From Octopus bimaculoides (taxonomy: Eukaryota), in the NCBI RefSeq assembly GCF_001194135.2, contig NC_068981.1, positions 57,476,846 through 57,540,845 on the forward strand: DNA of 64,000 nt, written 5' to 3'. Below, in pieces: positions 24,701 through 41,065 of the stretch. Below the pieces are notes generated by a model that worked only from the letters and a program-made list of their open reading frames with translations, had not been told where the DNA came from and made no database searches. The translations under genes were made by a program, and so were the position numbers. How positions within the stretch are numbered: position 1 is the stretch's first letter; each line of letters opens with the position of its first letter.

Positions 24701-27700
24701 GCCTGCACCTATGCCACGCTTGTGCCAATTATATCAAATATACTAATTACTTTTGAACAAAGTATTACCATAAAAAAACTTACTTGAAAAGTCATGCAAG
24801 CTGGTGGAAAGGACTTTGACACAGGTTTTATATCTTTCAAACACAACATTTCTGGGTTTCTCAAGCATGTGCATAACTCTTTAGACTGAAATATGTTTAT
24901 AGAATATGAAAAGGTTTGAAATATCATAAACAAACAGAAATTAAAATTTAAGTTGAATGAAGAAAATGCTTCATGGTAAATAATTTACAGAATACATAAA
25001 TCAGGATTATTAACAAATGTCTTTAATTACATATAACATCTAATGTATAATATTTACCATCTGTGTAGGTAAGTTTAAGAGTCTGGGTAAAAATCACACA
25101 TATGTTTATATCTAATGCATAGTTTACATTGTAAACACTGTAAATAAACTTCAAACAACAAAGATTTCTGATCTAGGAAAGAAACCTGAACTTGAGGCTC
25201 TAAGAACAAGAGAAATGATTATCATTTCTTTAAAAGGCTGCAGGTGGTACTGTATTAGTGAAGTGGAATGGTCCCAACTGAGAACTGGAAACAAGCCAAG
25301 GACTTGGTTTATTGAGAGTTTACAGCCACAATAAATGACTGGTAACCATCATTGTTCCTTCTCATAATTGCTCCCACCACCACCACCACCACCACTACCA
25401 CTTCCACTTCCACAACCATTAACCTTCTCTCAGTTTTATATCTGCAGTTTTCCATACATTTCAATGTTGCCTCATATCTTTTGTGAGGTCTAATATTCTC
25501 ATTATTGACCTAATTATTTCTGATTCAGGTCTTCTGTATTCTGTCATAGTTTCTGATGTATGTCATAGAATCAAAGAATTTCTGGGGAAAGTTAATAGAA
25601 AGTTATCAATGTCCAAGCCTACCTCAGAGATAAATTCTAAGTAGAGCAGAACATACGGGGTTCTGTTTGCCAAGAACATACAACAGTACCACAGTTACAC
25701 TAACAATTATTTTAACCGTTTAACATCATCATCATCATCATTGTTTAATGTCCGCTTTCCATGCTGGCATAGGTTGGATGGTTTGACTGATAACTGGCAA
25801 GTCAGAAGGCTGCACCAGGCTCCAATCTGATCTGGCAAGGTTTCAACAGCTGGATGCCTTTCCTAACACCAACCACTCCGAGAGTGTAGTGGGTGCTTTT
25901 TACATGCCACTGGCATGAGGGCCAGTCAGGTGGCACTGGCATCGACCATGCTCAAATAGTGCTTTTTACATGCCACCGGCACAGGTGCCAGTCAGGCAGT
26001 ACTGGCATCGGCCACAACAATGATCTCACTTGATTCAACAAGTCTTCTCAAGCACAGTTTATTGTCCACTGATTGAAGGGTACTCTTCAATGGGCTGGAT
26101 ATGCTACACTAACATAGGCCATGGTTATGGTCTCACTTGGCTTGCCGGGTCTTCTCATACACAGCATATTTCCAAATGTCTTGGTTGCTTGTCATTGCCT
26201 CCATGAGGCCCATCGTTTGAAAGTCATGCTTTACCACCTCATTCGAGGTCTTCCTGGGTCTACCTCTTCCATAGGTTCCCTCTACTGTTAGGGTATGACA
26301 TTTTTTCACACAGCTATCCTCATCCATACACAATACATGATCATACCAGCACAGTCGTCTCTCTTGCACACCACATCTGATGCTTCTTATCTCCAACTTT
26401 TCTCTCAGGGTGCTTACACTCTGTCATGTATGCACACTGACATTACACACCCAGCGGAGCATACTAGCTTCATTTTTTGCAAGCTTTCGCATGTCCTCAG
26501 CAGTTACAGCCCATGTTTCACTGCTGTGTAGCATGGCTGTTCACACACATGCATCATACAGTTTACCTTTTACTTTGAGCAAGAGGCCCTTTGTTACCAG
26601 CAGAGGTATGAGCTCTCTGAACTTTGCCCAGGCATTCCCATTATTCTATTAAAAGAAATGCTTTTTTATTCACATTGCTTTAAATTAATCATGCACTATT
26701 TTGTAGCTTTGAGATTTTGATGAGATAATTGTTAATTTTTAGAATGATATTGTAAGGTTGGTGTGAGAGGTCAGATTTGGTTAGTTTGAACATAGAACAG
26801 CTGGAATATTTTGGCTGGATATGGCCACTTTAAATGCTAAAAGATTAAATGGTGAAAACATAGCCATTAGCAATAAAAGTGCTTGAATATCTTTTTTAGC
26901 AACATGATACATTAAAAAAAAATTATTAAATATTTATAAGGAAAAAAATTGCTTTAAATACTTACAGTTGGTCTGTCATTTGGAACATACATGAGACATT
27001 GACTCAAAAGATCAAGCATATCAGGCCAGCTTCCAAATTTATTGCATAATATCAGTGATATGCGCTCACCCTGATGATAATAAAAATAAAAATAAACATA
27101 GCAAAATCATCTATACTTGTGTACACACACACACACACACACACACATACAAGTGAGTGAAGTAACAAAAGTTGCACTCAGCACCTGTCACTGGTTTTGA
27201 ACTCATTGTCTTGTGGTTAGTAATCCATTACTTAAATTTGAAGTCATAAGTCTTTAAACGTTATTTTACTGGGTTTAGTCTTTCAACTGCCACCATGATA
27301 AGGTATCACCTTCAAAAATTTAATTGATCATACTGACCTCAGTACGTATTTCAATCTAGCATTTATCTTATAGATCTCTGCTTGATGAACTGCTAACTTT
27401 GAGACATAGTAGGACACAATACTTGATTTAACAACAAGTGTAAACACACACACATAATATGTGCAAGAATGACTGTATGGTTGAAAAGTTTGCTTCCCAA
27501 CTGCATGGTTCCACATTCAGTCCCTCTGTACGGCACTTTGGGCAGGTGTTTTCTACTATAGCCCTATACCAACCATAGATTTGTGTCTGAATTTGGTAGA
27601 TGGAAACTGCAGTGTTGCTCATCAGAAAATGAACAAAAAAACATGTTTATAAAGAAGAGTTGTTTGCTTGATACTCCTCATGTGTTGATTTTGCACATAA

Positions 27701-27802
27701 GAAAGGAACAAATGATACAATGTGGCTGGAGGTCATAACATCTGGGTAACACCAGGGTGCGTTGAGAGTGTGTATCTGTATATATATATGTATGTATGTA
27801 TG

Positions 27803-27845
<43 letters not shown>

Positions 27846-30800
27846 AACAAATGGATATTAAATTTTGAAATAGTTGTTTCTTTACACAAGGAATCCTTAT
27901 TTATGTAAGCATAATAAAGCATAATAAATATTTTGGATTACATCATACATTATGCAGTTCTCATAGTCATCAAGCATTATTTAAAACAGAGTTGAACAGA
28001 GACTTGTTGAGTAATCTATTGATTACCAGGAAGTGAAGTTATATTCAAAATTACCAATATAAAAGAATAAAGTGGGCATGCTAAAAAACTGACAATCAAG
28101 AACTGACAACAAAGAAGGGGAAGAAATAATTTATGATTATAGACCTTAAGATAAAAGGTAACAACAGTAAATTTTTTTACACTTCATTGAGACACATCAA
28201 CATGTAGTAAGCCTTTATTCTTTATGAATCCTATATAACAATATATATATATAAATTCCTATCTGCAATGTTTTATTGATATTACTGTCACTACTATAAG
28301 ACAACTAACAATAGACAAATACAGATGTTAGGTAACATCTACATGTAGAGGATTAGTCAACCATAAATCACATTTTTGAAAAAGGAACAGATGTTAACTT
28401 ACATTGAGAATTGCTTGTTCCATTTCAGAAGGATGAAGGAGGTGGCCATATGGATGTTTTCCACCAGACAGGAGGGAGTATAACAAAACACCATATGAAA
28501 ATATGTCAGCCTGAAACAAAGTTTGTATGCAAAGACAAGTAAAGTATATCATCTAGAATACAGTTCAATAGGTAGAAAACTTTGAGATTTAGACATTGGG
28601 TAATATGAAGTCCATAATAAGAAACAGAATATGGATCCAATCACAAGGTTGCATAAGGCAATTGGAAATTCTGATCTGAAACTGGGTACCAAAGTAGTTT
28701 ACAATGGATTCCTCCAGATCTAATGGAAGAGTTCAGCACAACAATGTAAGTTAATAAAATACAAGGCATGTGGCCTAGTGATTAAGGTGTTGCACTCATG
28801 ATTGTCAGATCATGGTTTCAATTCTCTGACTGGGCGGTGTGTTGTGTTCTTGAACAAAATACTTCATCTCATGTTGTTCCATTCTACTTGACTGTAAATG
28901 AGTAACCTTGTAATGGACTGACATTCTATTCAGGGGGAATGTTATGATCTCAGTCACTTATATGCCATGAAAACCAAGTAATCAGACTATGAATCCTAAG
29001 ACTTGAGACAATAACATCCATTGTCCAATAACACAATGTTTTTGATGTGTTTTAGCAATGGCCAGTACCAACATACGTTGCTATTTATATTTTGGAGTAA
29101 TAAACTAATAACTCAATGTCTTGGCTATGCACACAGTGTAGTGTCAGTGAAAGAATATTAAACCAGCAAACAAGTTAGCCAACACCTTGCTATATTGGTC
29201 ACTTGTGACTTTATAGATACTAATATGATATTAATAAAACATTGATTTATTACATTGGCATAAAGTTACACATTTGCAAGGACAGGTTATGATAGATATA
29301 ATTGCACTCAATGCATCACTATTACATATTTCATCAGTACCAGAGCAATTACATGTAAAATTATCAAGTCCTGTGGTGTTTAAACTAAGAATACAGGAGA
29401 CAGTAATAAATACTGAAATGGTGAAATCCAGAATCTAAGAACACAGGAGGATATAGGTAAGGTCTATGTTGTCCATTACTTGATCACTCTGTCACAGAAA
29501 TTTAGTCCAAAATGTCAAATTTTCCCCAAAACTCCCTTGGGTTCTAAATTTTAAAAAGAACTTTTAATTTTATTCTCTACCATTTCTGCAAAACCATTCA
29601 AATGAAATATTTATAAAAAAGCCTTACTTGGAAGGAATAGTTTTCCTTTTTGATTACTTCTGGTGCTTGATAACCAGGTGTGCCTTCATTTGCTATAAGA
29701 CCATAGAATGTATTCAACTGGGAAATACCATAATCAGAGATTTTGACATTAATCTGAAGGTAAATAGAAAATATAAGTTTACATTAAATGTTTCAGATAT
29801 TTAGAATTAATAAAACCATTTGAGCAATACAAATGAATATAAATTTTATAAGGAAAATAGAAAATCCAACCAGGAATTACAAAAAAAAAAAAAAATCATG
29901 ATTAAGGCGTTTACTTTGCAACAGTGTGGTTTTTTGGTTCAATCCCATTGCACAGAACCTTCTACCACGGCCTCAAGATCAACCTCAAGAGAGTACTACG
30001 GTATGATACTAAAAACTGAACTGAATGTCGCTAACAGATTTAAAGTTATTAACACTCTAGCAATACTTATATTCATATTGCTTTAATATTATTAACTGAA
30101 CACTAAGACAAGAAAGATGCTGAAAAACTGTACTTACCAAGTGTTTTAGGATGGTGAGACCTAATTCAGCTCAAATTGACCTTAAAGACTACAACCACAG
30201 TGCTGGACACGCCTGACAAAAACAGAAGATAGAAAACCCACCCCTCCACTCCTCTAAATCCTAAAACATGAGATTTACTCTATCAAGAAAAAGTAGTACA
30301 GTCCAATAAAGAGTTTAATATTCCGGAAGCTCCACTAAAAGAGAACAAAGTAACATGAATGAAGCAGAAAGCCAAACACAAACGTCAGTTTCAACTGCAG
30401 AAAATCTGCAGGGACAAGAGAATGCACAGGAAATACCCAAAATAGATGCAGGATTCAGACACACACCAACTGAAGATATACCAGTGGTTTAAAAGCACCA
30501 GACTGAAAGCAGAAACAGAAAGTCTGATAATCACTGCACAAGATCAGCATCTTACAACCAGATTTTATCATCACTGTATCATCAATGATGGAACAGATCC
30601 ACAGAACAGGATCTGTAGAAAATATGAAGAAACAATCAATTGTATTGTCTCTGGATGGTTAGAAATAGTGAAGAATGAATACATCCACAAACATAACAAG
30701 GCAGCAGCATATCTGCACAGGAGAATATGTAGGAGTCACAAGATCAAGACAACTAAGAAGTGGTAGAATCAGCAACCAAACATAGTCACTAAGAACAATG

Positions 30801-31913
30801 ATTTCATCATCCTCTAGAACATGCTCATTCATAGTGGCAAAGAGATAAAAGCCAACAAACCTGACATTGTTATCAGGGACAAAAGGATGGGAGGTGTATA
30901 GTTATCAACATTGTAATACCTCTTGAAAGAAATGAGTGAAAGTCACAGAAAAGCTTATTGAGTACAAAGCTCTGGAGATCAAAATCAAGAGGACATGGTG
31001 AAATACCAAGACTGAAATAATTCCAGTGCTCTATGACTCATGAAGAAAAGAATGGAAAAGTTCACCAACCATATTCCAGGCAATATCAACATTTATGTAG
31101 TTCAGAAGATTGCAACCCACATACTACTGAGAGAGCTGTCAATCATGTGAAGTCTTACCCATAGTTTGGACCTAGCACAAGATATAAAACAGGAAGCACA
31201 AAATAACAACAAAAATGATGATGGTAGTCTGAAAACATTACCACATGGTATTTTTATAACTAGTAGAACTATTAACTTCATGACATTACAAAAATCATGA
31301 CTCCTTGGTACAAGTAGAATCTTAAGATAAGCATTGAATATCTGAAGAAACAAGAAGTGGCTTGATGTCCAACAGTAGAATTAATTACTAACACAACTGC
31401 AGTGCAAATCATTATCATAATTTTAAGTCTGCTTTCCATGCTGACATGGGTGGGACAGGTTGTCATGGTCTGAGTTCTTTCTTGCCAGTAGCTATTGCTC
31501 TCATTGACTAGTGCTTATTCTAGGGCTGGATGTCCTTTATATAGTCAACCATGTTATAGGGTGTACTGGGTGCATTTTCTTATGGTACCAGTACTACAAT
31601 AGGAACATGGTCATAGTCATACAGTTCTGAGGAAGTTATATTCTATTCTAGCAACTCAAGTAGTTGACACATTTTTATCTTAACAACCAGAGAAGGATGA
31701 AAGGAAAATCTTGAATTTAATCTTAGAAAGTGATGGTAACAGCACGACCAGAGCACACTGATTAGGATCAATAATAGAGTAAATAAACTTACCAGACATG
31801 TCGTTGATAGACTGAATACAAGTACATTGGCTGGTTTGAGGTCTCGGTATATTATTTGAAGACCATGCAAATACATGAGGCCCTCAGCAATCTGAATTTA
31901 GAAAAATCACAAG

Positions 31914-31976
<63 letters not shown>

Positions 31977-32816
31977 TATATCATTGTCACTTAATGTCTG
32001 TTTTCATGCTGGCATGGGTTGTGTGTATGTGTGTGTGCAGGGTAAATAGATGGATGGATATGGATATATATAAGCTATGGAGTAACTGTTATTGATACAG
32101 ATAATCAAGTTTCTTTGAACTCTAAAATTTAGCATGGTTTATAACATATATTTGTTAGGACAAAGTCAGTGAGAGATAGCAGTGAAAGATGTAGACAAAA
32201 AGAGAAGGAATCAAAGAAAGAAAAAGAGAGTTGGAAAATGATAAAAGGAGAAAGAGAAGAGAAAGGAAAATGTGAAGTATTAAAAAAAAGAGAGGAGAAA
32301 ATAGGAAGGAAGAGGAGAAAGAGGAGAAAAATGTGGTAAGAATGACAGAAACGATGATGGCAATGATGAAGAGGAGAAATACTATTTTCTTACCTGCAAA
32401 GCTATTCTATGGGCGAGTGTGACACTGACGATTTTTCTTGATGCCAATGCATGTCCCAAAGAGCCATAAGTTGCAAGTTCCATGACCATCATACGTGGCT
32501 TGAGGCCAACAGCAAGCAAACATACAACACTGGGATGTTTTAGTCTGCGTAGTATGGTTGTCTAAATAATGGAAATGTTTATAATGATAAGGAAAGCTTC
32601 AGTATGATTATGCAATTACATATAGATATGCATACACACATAAATACAGTTTGTGACACAGTTCCATGTTCCTTGTAATGCACACTTTTGAAAATCATAC
32701 AAATGTGAGATCAGTTAAGTACATATATTTTTTAAAAACTTTAAATAATCTTCATATATTCTCTGTCAATTTTCAACTTCACTCATTTCTTCTATATTGC
32801 TTCTTGTATGGGTAAG

Positions 32817-32854
<38 letters not shown>

Positions 32855-33097
32855 ATATATGTAAGTATATAGTAAATCCCAAAAAACAAAGAACAAACAC
32901 AAAAAAAAAAAACAACGTGAAGACGTGGTACATGTAAAATATTAGCAGATGCTCAAGGAAGGAAAGAAAGGTGGTTTTACATTTCAAGCAAAGCTCTTCT
33001 TCAGAAACAGGAAAGAGAGGAAAGTCCAATAGAAAAGGCAAATGGAGGAAAAAAAATCGCCAACAATTCACATGCGGTTACATTTTGAAATATGTTT

Positions 33098-33129
<32 letters not shown>

Positions 33130-36100
33130 GCACATACAGACACATGCACACACAAATATGTGCATATGCAATAGGAATATTTGCCAGAGTTACAGGTATT
33201 GAACTCAGATTGCTATGTCTCAATGACCAGGACTTTGTTAGTGATCGATGATATCAGGAGACAAGTGAAATCACTGCATCGACTCAAATGCAATTTGCTC
33301 AATTATTGATGACACCAGCAAAATACTGACCGCTCAGATCTCTTGTAGTACAAGTTATCATTAAGAATTTATCTTGTGTGCTCTTTTCCCTTGACAGAAA
33401 CATTACATATAAATAGAATTGTCTGCTCATTAGCTGCTAGTGGTGGCATACACCTAAAAGTTGTCAGTTACTAATACAGACATCACTCACAACTACTGAG
33501 TTTTTCTCAATATGAAAAACCTCACAAACTGTTCAACTATTTAACTGGTGCAAACATATCTTATCTGTTGGTTCTAATGACAATACATTGTTTTAGTTAA
33601 TGACAAATATTTTTGCATTCATAATTTCACATGAACTTCTTGTTTTTGTATCTATCTCCCATCAATTCAACTAAATCATTATACTGGTGACAACCAAAAA
33701 CCAGAAATAACCGTATTGTTATACATATGTATACTGCATGCTTAACAATTCACACAAACATACATCTTAATATGTTTGAAATGTATATAGGTAAAAGTAC
33801 ATGTAAACACAAGCACATGTACACATGGATACAGATGACTATTTACAGGTAAAAATGTTCAAGTCCTAAAATATGTGGAAAAACTGGTATATACAACTTA
33901 GAGCATGTAGAGTTTGATATAGCCAGGTGGGTGGGGGTGAGAGGAAAGCCTTGAGTTAAGAAATTTATAAGAAAATTATTTAAAACAAACATATCTAAAA
34001 CGAAACTGTTTAAAAGAGGATATCACAAGAAAAACATAATTTCATCATGGCAAAAGTAATACAAGGGTAACAACTAATATAAGATTAAAGGGAAATGAAC
34101 AGGATGAAAAACATTTTACAGAACAAGCAGCTAAAAAAAAACAAAAAACAACAGCAACAGTAAAATTCCAACAGAATATGGGGGAAAATGGGAAAATTAT
34201 CAAGGAGAAAGAAGAAATTAAGCTTGAGGATTGAAAAAGAGTCAGGATAAAGATTTCAGGATAAAGATTTCAGGATAAAGATTTCAGGATAAAGATTTCA
34301 GGATAAATAGTGAAAAAAAAAGGTTCAAAATGCTAGTAGCTTTAAGATTCAATACATTTCAGTGTTTCAGTTCAAAAAGGTTCAGAGTACATCACCTATT
34401 AGGCAGTTAAAGGTTAGAAAGCAAGAATCTCAATGTGCATCTGTAAAAGTTCAGTTATTCCAATTTCTGCTTCAAAGTAAACCCATTCTGAAAAAGAATG
34501 AAGAATTTCTCACAAATATAATGGACATCTCACCAGTACAGTAAGAGCCATGATTGTAGGAACTTGAAGCTCTAAAATAGACCAGAGTATCTTGAAGGGA
34601 GTTGAACTGGTTAGCATAAAAGCCCTAGATATATTTGGATAGATACATGAGTAACTTTATAGCCAGATACTTAAAATATGTTTTGTACATAGTTTACATT
34701 TTCTGTCATGAGGCTGTCACCAATTAATACTTTTATGCTGTATATTATCCTTTTAGCCAAACAATTACCATTTAAAAGTAGTTGCTGTGTTCTATACCAT
34801 TGCAAGTAGGTGACTGCATATTATTACTGACATCAGAGAGCTTTTTAGTAAAAAATTAGTTAACATAAGAAAAAAGTTTTTACAGCAAGAATAGCTAACT
34901 TTCAATTTGAAGACCCTATGCTATCCTCTGAGGAAATGCCAAGTTGCTAAGTTTAGGAATTCTTTAGCTAAGTTAGTCTTTACTTTAAAGCTGAAAGTTG
35001 GATTAAACTATAGAAATGTCCAAGTTTGAGTCCTATTTCTAAATTTATTGGAGCTAGCTTATATGACAGATCTGCTAAGAAGATATGCTGTCTTATATTG
35101 AAAAGTAAATACCCAAGAATGCTAAGTAGATGATTAGAGTATTTGCTAATGTAGAATAATTTCCACTGCTTAAATATCTTACCAGAAGAAATTATTCTTC
35201 ATTTGCAATCTTGTAAAGAGTCAACTATCTGCCTATACTATATATCACTCTCTAAGATAGTTAATTCATTGGTAAAGACTAAATCTACTAATCTTTAAGT
35301 TTAAAGTAACATCTACAAAATTTACTGTATTAAGATTAGTTCCATCACAATATCTAAGGTTAGTTCTACCACAATATTCTTCATGCCACTAAAGGACCTA
35401 ATTATATCTTGCATCCATTCTGGGAAACAAGCAATCTGTCATCATCCCTGTAAATGTCTCCTCTGAAATTGGGAAATTCCTTGTGCAAAGAAATCAAAAT
35501 AAAGACTCATATGATCATGCACAGCTCAGTTTCATTGAAAAACTCTACCTAAAAATAGAATTGGTATTCTCTAAGAGCCACAGTGCCTCAGTAAACTGGA
35601 CCTGTCAACAAAAAATAGTTTCAAACACGACAAACCTCAACAAAAGAGAGACTGGTATATAAAACAGCTTTTTGTAGTTAAGGGTAATGAAATTTTGAGT
35701 GGATATATATAATTCCTGCAGTAAAAGGGTTAATATATGTCAAATCAAATCTAAATGTGTTTTTAACTATTCATATCTTAGTTTTAGCCACATTAATTTA
35801 GTAGAATTTCAAAAAAAAAAAGAAAAAAAAAAAGAACTTTATGGCCCTTAAGAGTTATAAAAAAAGGTAGACAGAATCAATTCTGTGGTCTTTTTAAGAA
35901 CAATTGCTATATTTCTAGGCTTTTAATTTACAGAATTATTGATATTAGCTACTGACACCTTGAACATGTTGGTACTATTGCTGGAAAGAAATATTTTATA
36001 AATATCTTTTAAAATACCATAGAAGTTCTTATCTGTTAAAACAAAAGTTTTCTTAGAATTTCATAGAAAATGTAAACTTTAGGGAGCTTTGAAAATTGTC

Positions 36101-36200
36101 ATTAAATTCCTCGAATTTAGCTATTTTTATCAAATTAAAAAGATCTGTTATGAACTGCTCTAGATCTTTAATTACTGGACAGGTTATTCTGGATTCCAAT

Positions 36201-36249
<49 letters not shown>

Positions 36250-39200
36250 CGTGTGTGCACGTGCGTGCATGTGCAACAGGTTTCCACACACTTTCTCTTT
36301 ACAAAATTTACTCACAAAGCACTGGTTAACCTGGGGCTATAGTAGAAGATACTTGCTTAAGGCACCACACAGTGGGACTGAAGTCAGAACCTTGTGACTG
36401 CAAAGTGAACTTCTTAACCACACAGCTTTTAATTACATCTGTATATACACACATACACACATATATCCAGAAAGAGAGAGAGAGAGAGGGGGGGGGCAAT
36501 AGAGGTTAATGATTAATGACGGCTCGAAAACCTTTGGAAGAAGTAAAATGTATGTACACGTGTTACAGTCATCAAATTATCAAAATAATTAATGACTATG
36601 CCAGTACTTCCAGTAACTGGACACATTATCTGTAGTCATTATAATAAGTAAATGTTAAAAATTATTATAACTGTTAATAAAAATAATTATGGCACAAGAT
36701 CAATTTTAGTAGTGTTAAGTTTATAGTTGATGGAAATGTCCCAAGTATATTTCAGTTACAGACATCTCAAGCATTATGTATGGAAGCAGTGTGTTCATGA
36801 AAATCCTGTCATAACATGAAATTCTACAATATGAAGCCTATCTCTCTATTAACTTTTATATTCATCATTGTCATTATCATCATACAATGTTCACATTTTC
36901 ATGCTTACATGAGTCAAATAGAATTTGTTGAAGCAGATTTTTCTATGGCTGGATATCTTTCCTATCCCCAACTTTCACTTTTTTCCAAGCAAGGTATTAT
37001 TTTCCCAGGGGTAGACACGTTTATCACAGCAGACTGAAAACGATCAACATTGCTTGTATGAAGATGGTGTATATTTACAATAATCATGTGATGTTTAGAC
37101 AAGGGTACATACAAACACACATACATCTATGTACATATTTATGTTTATTTGCTTCTTTCAGTTTTCACCAAACAAATCCACTTGTAAGGCCTTGGTCAGC
37201 CCACAGCTATAGTAGAAGACATTTGCCCAAGGTACCACATAGTTGGGAAGCCAGCTTCTTAACTACAGAGCCACACTAACATATAGATGTTAATGACAAT
37301 AAGCTTCACATTGCAGAATTTCAAATTATGGCAAGACTTTTAGGCATGCAATACTTCCATAACGTAGGAGGTTTCTGTATTATTTTATTCAGCTTGTAGA
37401 GATAAAAAGTAAAGTTGACCAAGACAGGATTTTAACTCCAAACATTGAGGGATATATCATTAAACAGTGTATTGCCTTTAGTATAAGGTTCCATTTCTTC
37501 TGTCAACTCACAGCCTTTATCACGTTATTACAATTATCAATTCTAATTTATAATGACTGTGCAGAGGTGAAGTATGCTTTCAATTCTATTTAGTTGTTCA
37601 TTTAATGATGCACTATCAAGCAGAGGTTTGTGATTCAGCAGAATTCTTTAAAATATTGATTTCTACTAAGCTTTGAATCAAATTAATATTTCTTACCTCT
37701 TTTCTCAGTATTTTATGAGGGTGGTTAATGGCATTGTTGAGAAACAGTTTCACAGCAACAGGCTAGAAATGAAAACATATTGTTTCAAACGTCATGAATC
37801 CTACAAAAGTATAAATTCTTCTATAATTTTTCCTAGAAAATTTTAAATCTGATTATAATTAATAACAAATTCTCTACTATATATTAAATGGAAATTATGT
37901 ATTTAAACTCTAAATCTTAGTACAACAAGCCTACGATAAAAATTGAACAGCCACAGTTACAACACTGTGAATTGCTTCTAAACATTTTACCAATGATCTA
38001 GAAAGAAAATCATGAAAATCCATGAGCAAAATAAAATCACATGTAATGCCTACTACAATTCTTATATAAAAGGACATCTTAAATTGATATTTGGTTCATT
38101 TATATTTAATCAACTGAACTAAAAGGAAAGTGAATAATTTTTTTTCTATTTATAAAGATGAACTTGAAATATTTTAATTAGAATGTATGAATTATACATA
38201 CACTATTTCGATAAGTAGCTTGATAGACAACACCATATTCTCCTTTACCAAGCAAATTTTTGGAGCTGCATATCAAAAAAGTAAAAAATGTAATATTAGT
38301 ACTAATAGCAGAACCACCAATATGATATTAACTTGAGTTGGTAACAACTGGGAAAAAAATTCTCCTTTTAATAAAAGGAGCCTATGGTACATAATGTATT
38401 ATATGTTGGACATTATACAGTCATAAAAAGATAATGCGATTTAAGTGGGTTAATTCTTTTACAAAACATATAAGGCAAGTATTTTATTCCAGTATGTGAA
38501 ATATGAAGTGGATAAAATCTATTTTATACACTTAATAGAAATACATAGAATAAAATGTCCTAGTCAGGAATACAAGAGAATATTTTCAGTTGGATATGAA
38601 CTTATTAACTATCAGGTATAAGTTCAGTAGCTTATCCAAAGGGTCATTTTACTTGTTTCTATAGGTGAAAAATTTCTTAAAGATTAGAGATTCAACTAAT
38701 GGTAGCAGGAAAGCTACCGTAATCTTGTGAAATGAGAATGGACATTCTTCTTTATTCTTCATACAGACTAACCTATCCTGAGCTTGCTACAACACTGATA
38801 CAATACAATATAACAACAATTTAATAGAATGCATATTGATTTCAAATTTTGGCTCAAGGCCAGCAAGTTTGCGGGAGGGAGTAAGTCAATTACATTGACC
38901 CCAGTGCTCAACTGCTAATCATTTTATCGACCCCAAAAGGGTGAAAAGTAAAGTCAACCTTGTTGGAATTTGAACTCAGAAAGTAAAGATGGATGAAATG
39001 CCCCTAAACATTTTGCCTGAATTGCTCTCGATTCTGCCAGTTCACTGCCTTAATGCAATACAATGCTTATTAAAATGCAATCATAAATTCATATAAAAAT
39101 AAAAGCAAAAATATTATATTACATTTTTTGCAGTTGAAATTGTTCTTGCTGTAGGTGAAATTCTTTATCCAGATCATTGAGAGTAATATCAGGTGCCTTG

Positions 39201-40250
39201 AAAACAACAACAATAATAATAATGGATAAAATTACAAAAATGAATGGAGTGATGTACAAATTATTTATTTTCAATTAGTGAATTTGCTTAGAGCCTAGTT
39301 AGAATTGTTGAGTGATTAAAAGTATTATTTAGTGCAAACAGAAAAAAAAATCCTATAAAGATAGATTTATAGAGAGGTTTTTTACAGTATATGAAATACT
39401 GGTTTCAAATTTTGGTACAAGGCCAACAATTTAAGGGGAGGGGTAAGCTAGTTACATTGACCCCAGTGCTCAACTGGTACTTATTTTATTAACTCCATAG
39501 GATGAAAGCAAAGTTGACCTTGCAAAATTTGAAGTCAGAACATTAAGTTGGAAGACATGCCACTAAGCATTTTGTCCACACTGTAATGATTCTGTCAGCT
39601 CACTGCATTTTAGTATGTGAAATATTAAAAGTTTAGTAGTAGTTTACACTGAGAAGACATTATACACTAAGGTTTGTTATGTCATAATGAAGACATGACA
39701 ACTTAGTCTCCATCACTGCACTAAAAACACTATTCACATAACAGAAACACAGCACCACACCTCTTTTACAGATAAGCAACTGAATCAATCTTCACAAGCT
39801 TATAAATGTTGAGCATCATAATTTCTGATGATCTGTAATAATGATCTCACAAAGCCAAAACTACATCTCAAAAATTAAAAGTAAAGATAGGCTTTTAAGA
39901 TTATGAAGCAGTGGTTAAAGATGGTGAGATATTTGTTGAGACATGACTTGGTTTCTAGAATGAAGCATTTGATTGCTCTGATGCTGCCAAGCAAAATGGG
40001 AAGTATAGTAAAATTACCATGAGGTGTGAAATATCCAACATTTTGGACAGTGTCCTTCTTCAGAGTAAAATCGACAAAAGGGAAACAAAAGACAGTTTCA
40101 TGTAAGCTTCATGTCTATCACTCTATTCAAAATTGTGGGTATTCTATTTCCGATAGCAATTTCACTGTACTTTTTCTGTTGCTTTTTCCAAATAATTCAA
40201 GTCTTACTAATGCAGATTACCACTAGTCTCCTTGGATCCTGTTTTATCAA

Positions 40251-40286
<36 letters not shown>

Positions 40287-41030
40287 TATATATATATATA
40301 AGAAAGAAAGAAAACTAATAAATAATAATGTCTTGATATTTACCACTAATGACAGTAAAACGATACCATCATGATTGGGGCATTTCAAAAAACTTGTCTT
40401 ATCTGATTGTTCTACTAAATATTCCAAGTCAAAAAGATGTTTGTTTTCTTCTGCAGAAAAATTAAAGTAGATAAACAAAAGTTTAGATTTAAAAGTCAAT
40501 ATGACAAAAATAAAATCCCTGCTACTGAACACTATACATATTCATACACACAAAGCACAATCATAGATGCACACATATAAGCACAAACACATATAGATGT
40601 TTATTTAAATTTAAAAAGAAAAGTACAGACAATAAAAAAAAATCATATGTAAAGTAAAAGCACATAAATTATATCAGATATACACACCAGGACAATGTGG
40701 GCATGGAGCAAGTATTTGTACAGTTTTATTTCCAAATATGTCAGTTGCTAGTAATCCTGGATACCATTCTTCAATCAGAGAATCAATATGATCAGCTATT
40801 TCTCCCATTAATCTGGAAAATTTACAAATGAATATGTATTACTATATCTAATTGACATCAAATTTTAGTAAGCCCTTTTTTGCTGTGTAGTTGAAAGGCT
40901 TGCCTGCCAGCCATGTGGTCTTGGGTTTAGTCCACTGTGTAGTACCTTGGGCAAGTGTCCTCTCATACAGCCATGGACTAACCAAAGCCTGCTGAGTGGA
41001 TTTGGCACATGGAAACTGAATGAAGCCCGT

Positions 41031-41065
<35 letters not shown>

